From an uncultured Chloroflexia bacterium (GTDB taxonomy: Bacteria > Chloroflexota > Limnocylindria > Limnocylindrales > CSP1-4), in NCBI GenBank assembly GCA_963712745.1, contig CAVQJC010000011.1, positions 96,001 to 160,000 of the forward strand: 64,000 bases of DNA, read 5' to 3'. A model generated the notes under the pieces. That model saw only the letters and a program-made list of their open reading frames with translations, was not told the origin of the DNA and made no database searches. The position numbers were made by a program, and so were the translations under genes. Positions 58,958-64,000 of this stretch are shown here, piece by piece. How positions within the stretch are numbered: the first letter of the stretch is position 1; each line of letters opens with the position of its first letter.

Positions 58958-59851
58958 ATGGAGATGCTCGAGGAGAAGTGGCTCGAGCGGCTGGCACCGG
59001 AACGCCTGTTCTCGATGCGCGGTCGCGTGGCTGTCGTCACCGGTGCGGCCGGCGGCGTCGGCCGCTGGCTCAGTGCGGGGTTCGGGCTGGCCGGCGCCAG
59101 TGTGCTCCTCACCGACCGCGATATGGAGGGGCTCTCGATCCTGGCTGGCGAACTGCGGGGGCAAAGGATCGAGGCGACCGAGCTCGGTGCCGACCTTGAG
59201 GACCCCGAGGCTCCGGCACGGATCGTCGACGCGGCTGTCGCGCGTTACGGTCGCCTGGACGTCCTTGTCAACAACGCCGGTGTCAACCGGCGCGTCCCGC
59301 TGCTCGAGGTCGAGCCGGACCTGCTCGAAGAGATCTGGCGCATCGACTACATCCGCTGCTACCAGCTCTCGCAGGCAGCGGCGAGGGTGATGATCGACGG
59401 TGGTGGTGGCTCCATCATCCACATCGGCTCCATCAACAACGTCCTGGGCCTTGAAGACGTCTCCATGCTGGGGCCGACCAAGGCTGCGCTCAGCCAGCTG
59501 GCCAAGGCCATGACCGTCGAGTTGGCACACCTGGGCATCCGCACCAACGTTCTGGCGCCGGGCTTCCTCGACACGCCCATGAACGCCACGCACTGGGAGG
59601 ATCCGACGCGCGGTCCCTGGATCATGGATCGCACGCCCATGAGCCGGCCCGGCCATCCGGCCGAGCTGGTGGGCGCGGCGCTGTTGATGGCATCGCCGGC
59701 GGGGTCGTTCCTGTCGGGCCAGACGATCTACGTGGACGGCGGCATCACTGCCGGTAGCCGCTGGAACGTGCCCCCCGGCAGCGGGCTCGAGTCGTTCCGT
59801 GCCTGGGCCGAGGCCGGGCGGCCCATCGACGACTTCGACGGCCCGGAGTAG
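58958..59851 (+). CDS. SDR family oxidoreductase (atypical catalytic motif)
   Basis: TGAAGGVG, VNNAG, GQTIYVDGG; LGPTK where YxxxK is expected. Confidence 0.88.
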   Translation: MEMLEEKWLERLAPERLFSMRGRVAVVTGAAGGVGRWLSAGFGLAGASVLLTDRDMEGLSILAGELRGQRIEATELGADLEDPEAPARIVDAAVARYGRLDVLVNNAGVNRRVPLLEVEPDLLEEIWRIDYIRCYQLSQAAARVMIDGGGGSIIHIGSINNVLGLEDVSMLGPTKAALSQLAKAMTVELAHLGIRTNVLAPGFLDTPMNATHWEDPTRGPWIMDRTPMSRPGHPAELVGAALLMASPAGSFLSGQTIYVDGGITAGSRWNVPPGSGLESFRAWAEAGRPIDDFDGPE

Positions 59852-59861
59852 GGCCTGCCCC

Positions 59862-60719
59862 TCAGGCCTCAGCGCCCCCAGGCTCGGCCAGCTCGGCCAG
59901 CTCGGCCGTGGCCGTCGCGTACTGCTCGGCCGAGAGCGTGCCTCCATGCCACTCGGTCACGTTCTCCATGAATGACACGCCCTTGCCCTTGGTGGTCGAG
60001 CAGATCAGCGCCGCGGGCTGCGTCGAGGGTAGTGAGCGCCGTTCCTCCATGGCCGCGAGGAGCGCCGCCATGTCGTTGCCGTCGACGCGCAGCACCGCCC
60101 AGCCAAAAGCTTCCCATTTCAGGTCGATGGGCTCGATCTCCATCACCTCGCTGGTGGGTCCGTCGACCTGGAGGCCGTTGCGATCGAGGATGACGGTGAG
60201 GCCCCCGACCCGGAAGTGGGCCGCCGCCATGGCCGCCTCCCAGGTCATGCCCTCCTGCATCTCGCCGTCGGACATGAGCACGAAGGTTCGAAACCCGAGG
60301 CCCGATTGGCGGCTGCCCAGGGCCATCCCCAGGCCCACCGACAGGCCGTGACCCAGCGAGCCGGAGGTCATGTCCAGGCCCACCGTCTTGCGCATGTCCG
60401 GATGACCCTGGAGCACGCTGCCCGTCTGCCGGAAGGTCAGCAGGACATCCGGGTCGAAGTAACCGCGCCGTGCCAGGGCGGCGTAGACGATGGGCGCGCA
60501 GTGACCCTTCGACAGCACCAGCCGGTCACGCTCGGGCCAGTCCGGTCGCGATGGATCGAGGCGCATCTCCGACCAGTACAAGACGGTGACGATGTCGGCC
60601 GCCGAGAGCGATCCGCCCGCGTGCCCGGAACCGGCCCGGTAGATCATCTCGATGACGTCCCGACGCAGTTGCCGCGCGGTCGCCTCGAGCGACGCGGTCG
60701 TCGTCACATCCCCGCTCAT
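59862..60719 (-). CDS. Split transketolase, N-terminal subunit, copy 2
   Basis: GSGHAGGSLS, SKGH, LQGHP, GSLGHG, SDGEMQEG, KGKGVSFME. Confidence 0.93.
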   Translation of the reverse strand: MSGDVTTTASLEATARQLRRDVIEMIYRAGSGHAGGSLSAADIVTVLYWSEMRLDPSRPDWPERDRLVLSKGHCAPIVYAALARRGYFDPDVLLTFRQTGSVLQGHPDMRKTVGLDMTSGSLGHGLSVGLGMALGSRQSGLGFRTFVLMSDGEMQEGMTWEAAMAAAHFRVGGLTVILDRNGLQVDGPTSEVMEIEPIDLKWEAFGWAVLRVDGNDMAALLAAMEERRSLPSTQPAALICSTTKGKGVSFMENVTEWHGGTLSAEQYATATAELAELAEPGGAEA

Positions 60720-61708
60720 CCCGCTCGCCTGTCTTGAACTGAGACGAGCCTGCGTCCGGCGGCGACCACGGCGGGAGCGTCGAGGCCGAAGCGCGCTCGT
60801 AGCTCGTCGTTCTTGCCCGACTCGCTGAAGCGGTCGGGGATGCCCAGCGAGGTGAACCGTGGCGCCCGACCCGCTCGCTGCAGGGTCTCGGCCGTGATCG
60901 AGGCGAGGCCCCCGACCAGGCTGTGGTCCTCGAGCGTGAGCAGTGCGCCGGTGCGGTCCGTGGACTCGATCAGGAGCTGTTCGTCGAACGGCTTCAGTGA
61001 TGCCATGTCGAGGACCTCCGCCTCGATGCTCTCCTGCGCGAGGGCAGTCGCTGCCTCCATGGCCCGCGCCAGCGCGATGCCGTAGGTGGCGATGGTGAGG
61101 TCTCTGCCCGGGCGCACCCGGATACCCCGGCCGATCTCGAAGCGCACGTCCGGCGCATGGATCGCGGCGGTCTCCTCGTACTCGATGCGCACGTAGACCG
61201 GTCCGTCGTGAGCCAGCGCCACGCGGGCGATGCGGTCGGCCAGGACCGCATCCGAAGGGGAGAGCACCACCAGGTTGGGCAGCGCGCGCATGATGGCCAC
61301 GTCCTCGATCGATTGGTGGGTCGCACCGTCCTTGCCGTCGGAGAGCCCGGCGTAGCCACCGACGAGCTTGGCGTTCAGGCGCGGATAGCAGATCGACGTG
61401 CGGATCGGCTCCAGCGCGCGCATGGAGACGAAGACGGCGAAGGCGCAGGCGACCGGGATGCGCCCGACCGCAGCGAGGCCGGCCGCCACACCGGCCAGGT
61501 TCTGCTCGGCCACGCCCAGGTCCCAGAAGCGATCTGGATAGCGATCACGGAAATGCCGGGTCAGCGTCCGACGCGAGACGTCGGCATCGAGGGCCACGAT
61601 GCGTTCGTCCGTCTCGGCCAGCTCGACGATGGCGGCCATGAAGGCGAATCGCGGGTCCTCCGCGCCGACGTCCAGGAAGCTGTCGTGGACCGCGCCCGAG
61701 TCGCTCAC
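60716..61708 (-). CDS. Split transketolase, C-terminal subunit, copy 2
   Basis: GVAEQN, DGATHQ, GPVYVR, EDH...GGL. Confidence 0.92.
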   Translation of the reverse strand: MSDSGAVHDSFLDVGAEDPRFAFMAAIVELAETDERIVALDADVSRRTLTRHFRDRYPDRFWDLGVAEQNLAGVAAGLAAVGRIPVACAFAVFVSMRALEPIRTSICYPRLNAKLVGGYAGLSDGKDGATHQSIEDVAIMRALPNLVVLSPSDAVLADRIARVALAHDGPVYVRIEYEETAAIHAPDVRFEIGRGIRVRPGRDLTIATYGIALARAMEAATALAQESIEAEVLDMASLKPFDEQLLIESTDRTGALLTLEDHSLVGGLASITAETLQRAGRAPRFTSLGIPDRFSESGKNDELRARFGLDAPAVVAAGRRLVSVQDRRAG

Positions 61709-62470
61709 GACATGTACCAGCCCCCGTTGATGTCCCAGTTGACACCGGTGACGTAGGAGCTGGCATCGCTGGAGAGCCACAGCACCAGTTCGGCGACCTC
61801 GTCAGGCTCCGCCGTGCGACCGAGCGGCACCTGGGCCAGCGTCCTGGCGATCGCCTCCGGCGGGAACGAATCACGGAGCATGGGGCTCTCGATGTTCGAG
61901 GGCAGGATGGCGTTGACGAGGATGCCGTCCGCGGCTGCGGCCTTGGCCAGCGACTTGGTGACCGCCAGCAGACCGCCCTTGCTCGCGGCGTAGGGGTGGA
62001 TATCGGCGACCCCGCCGGTCCGGCCGGCCATCGAGGCCACGTTGACGATGCGGCCGCCGCGACCCCCTCGACGCATCTGCACGATGGCGGCGCGGGACAG
62101 GAAGTAGGGCGCTACCAGGTTCAGGCGCAGGGCCTGCTCGAACTGGTCCGGAGTCACCTCCTCGAGCGGTGTGCGCTTGAGCATGGCCGCGTTGTTGACC
62201 AGCACATCGATACGGCCGAAGTGGCCGGCGACCCGCTCCACCAGCGGCGCGCAGGTCTCCGCGTCGGAAAGGTCGGCGACCTCGCTGAGGAGTCGGTCCT
62301 GGCCGAGGTCGAGCGCACGGGCCTCCTCCTGCAGGCCCTCCGCATCGATGTCGACGAGGGCCAGGCGGGAGTCCTGTGCCGCGAAGGCCCGGGCCAGCGC
62401 GGCTCCCAGGCCATGGGCGGCGCCGGTGATCGAGCACCACCTTGTCCCGGAGGTCCGCGTAGCTGGCCAT
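61705..62470 (-). CDS. SDR family oxidoreductase; +1 frameshift near 62431
   Basis: ITGAAHGLG once corrected, VNNAA, YAASKGG, SYVTG...INGG. Confidence 0.88.
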
Positions 62471-62478
62471 GGACCTGC

Positions 62479-63344
62479 CTAGACCACGGCCACGGCTCGC
62501 AGCCACGAGCCGGTGGCGCCGGTTATGCGCAAGGGCAGGCAGATGAAGAGGAATTCGTAGAGCCCTTCGTCCGCCACGCTCTCGAGGTCCATGATCTCGA
62601 TGAGATGGACCCCGCGCTCGACGAGCATCACGCCGTGGGTCGTCCGTTCCGGGTCGGGCATGGGGATGACCTCCGTGCCCGACGTGTCGGTTCCCAGCAG
62701 CGCCATGCCCCGGTCGTACAGCCAGAGCGAGGCGTCGGGGCCCACCCCCGGCTGGCTGGCGAAGTAGGTCTCCGCTGCCGATGCGTACCAGGCCTTGTAC
62801 CAGCCGGTGCGCACGAGCACGCTGTCGCCGGGGCGGATCTCGCGTGCCCTGCACCTGCAGCGCGTCCTGCACGTCCCCCGGCGTGATCTCGTAGCGGTCG
62901 GGCAGGTGCTCGAGCCCCTTGGCCCGTGCCACATCGACGAGCACCCCACGTCCCGACGACCGGACGTGAGTGCTCCATGCCGTTGGCCGCCCAGCCGAAG
63001 TCACCGTAGACATCGGCCAGCTCGTGATCGCCGAACATGCGGCCGTGGCAGGAGATGTGCGCCAGGCCGTCCATGTGCGTGCCCAGGTGCGGTGAGGCCG
63101 TGATGACGTCCATCGAGAAGTCGAATCCGGGCGAGGTCTTGGTCGTGAGTGCCTTGGGCGTGCGGTATTGCGTCACTCGAAACCCGTAGAACGCGTCTGG
63201 CGGGCCCTGCGGCATGTCTCGCCCGAAGGTCGTGCTCAGCTCCAGCACCCGGCCCTCGCTCACGCCCCCGAGGGCGGCTAGCACCTCCGCTGAACCGAGT
63301 CGGTCCAGGCCGACCGTCGATCCGTCACCCGGTCTGATGGCCAT
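62479..63344 (-). CDS. Cyclase family protein (kynurenine formamidase-like); two +1 frameshifts near 62953 and 62843
   Basis: HLGTHMDGLAH, GRGVLVDV, GDSVLVRTGW, PL.ITGATGS. Confidence 0.85.
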
Positions 63345-63402
63345 CAGATACCCCCTTCGAGGAGATGGGGCCGAGGGCCCGCGCGAGTCCTGCCGGCGGA
63401 CC

Positions 63403-63447
63403 TTGCTCGGCGCTTGCCTGCGTGCGTATAGTACCTGACTAGACAGG
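63403..63447 (+). promoter_or_regulatory. Promoter TTGCTC-18-TATAGT followed by operator CCTGACTAGACAGG
   Basis: Near-palindrome immediately downstream of the -10 in a divergent intergenic region. Confidence 0.6.
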
Positions 63448-63495
63448 ACTATCACGGACCTGTCAGGAGGCAACCCAGGGACCAAGGAGGGACCC

Positions 63496-64000
63496 ATGAT
63501 CAAGTCTCGGATGCGCGCGCTCGCCATCGTCGCGGGTGGCATCCTCACCCTCACCGCACTGCCCGCGGTCACGATGGCACAGGATGCCGAGGATCCGTCG
63601 TGGAAGCCTGATCCGGCGTGCACCACGGATGACCCCATCGTCGCGGAGGCCATCGCCAACACCATCGCCCGGACCGGCGTGCAGACCGAGTGGTACGGGC
63701 CCACGGAGGGTCCCGCGCCCAAGGAGGGCGCCAAGGTCGTGTGGATCCCGACCTCGGCGCAGAACGCGCTGTCGGTCAACTGGGGCACCGAGATCGAGAA
63801 GGTCAGTGATCTGCTCGGCTGGGACTACACGACCATCGACGGCAAGGGCACCGCGCAGGGCTGGACCGACGCCATGACCCAGGCCATCGCCCTCGGGCCC
63901 GGACGTCATCATGTACTCGGCCGACGCCCGCACCCTGGCCACCAAGAACCAGGAGGCCGTGGACGAGGGCATCTCCGTCATCGGCATCCACGGGCTGGCC
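63496..64000 (+). CDS. Sugar ABC substrate-binding protein, partial (runs off window; +1 frameshift near 63896)
   Basis: AAGGAGG RBS; MIKSRMRALAIVAGG...AQD signal; WYGPTEGP, LGWDYTTIDGKG, QAIAL. Confidence 0.8.
   Translation, partial: MIKSRMRALAIVAGGILTLTALPAVTMAQDAEDPSWKPDPACTTDDPIVAEAIANTIARTGVQTEWYGPTEGPAPKEGAKVVWIPTSAQNALSVNWGTEIEKVSDLLGWDYTTIDGKGTAQGWTDAMTQAIALGPGRHHVLGRRPHPGHQEPGGRGRGHLRHRHPRAG

Overview
Very GC-rich bacterial chromosomal window with no rRNA, tRNA, CRISPR array or intact mobile element visible. The gene content (F420 biosynthesis, DUF3090, DUF4032, many leaderless-type promoters) suggests an actinobacterium-like or Chloroflexota monoderm; this is inference. Positions 0-41 kb are mostly housekeeping and accessory genes: a PPOX-cofD-cofC-cofE-LLM F420 cluster, deoD, suhB, a flap endonuclease, ppgK, aceE, two ECF sigma modules, two PQQ-type sugar dehydrogenases, a proline racemase, a lipoprotein with about 52 EPT(P/A) repeats, a K+-dependent membrane pyrophosphatase, msrB, a crcB-DUF190 operon, a Fur-family regulator divergent from a Ni/Co ECF transporter, and a DUF4032 kinase coupled to a sulfotransferase. 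Positions 41.2-64 kb form a carbohydrate-catabolic island: two ABC importers plus a third binding protein at the window edge, an AKR, a lactonase, two split transketolases, an FGGY kinase, SDRs, a Gfo/Idh/MocA oxidoreductase, a cyclase, an MBL hydrolase and a GntR/HutC regulator with recurring TAGAC/GACAGG boxes. The best candidate for an undescribed system is an ECF sigma factor with an N-terminal CxxC, translationally coupled to an Ogt whose Ada methyl-phosphotriester Zn domain is C-terminal and has no AraC HTH, possibly a sigma-factor-based adaptive response to alkylation. About 11 single-base frameshifts are probably long-read errors. Several genes are genuine deletion remnants. All calls come from motif recognition by eye; no searches were run.
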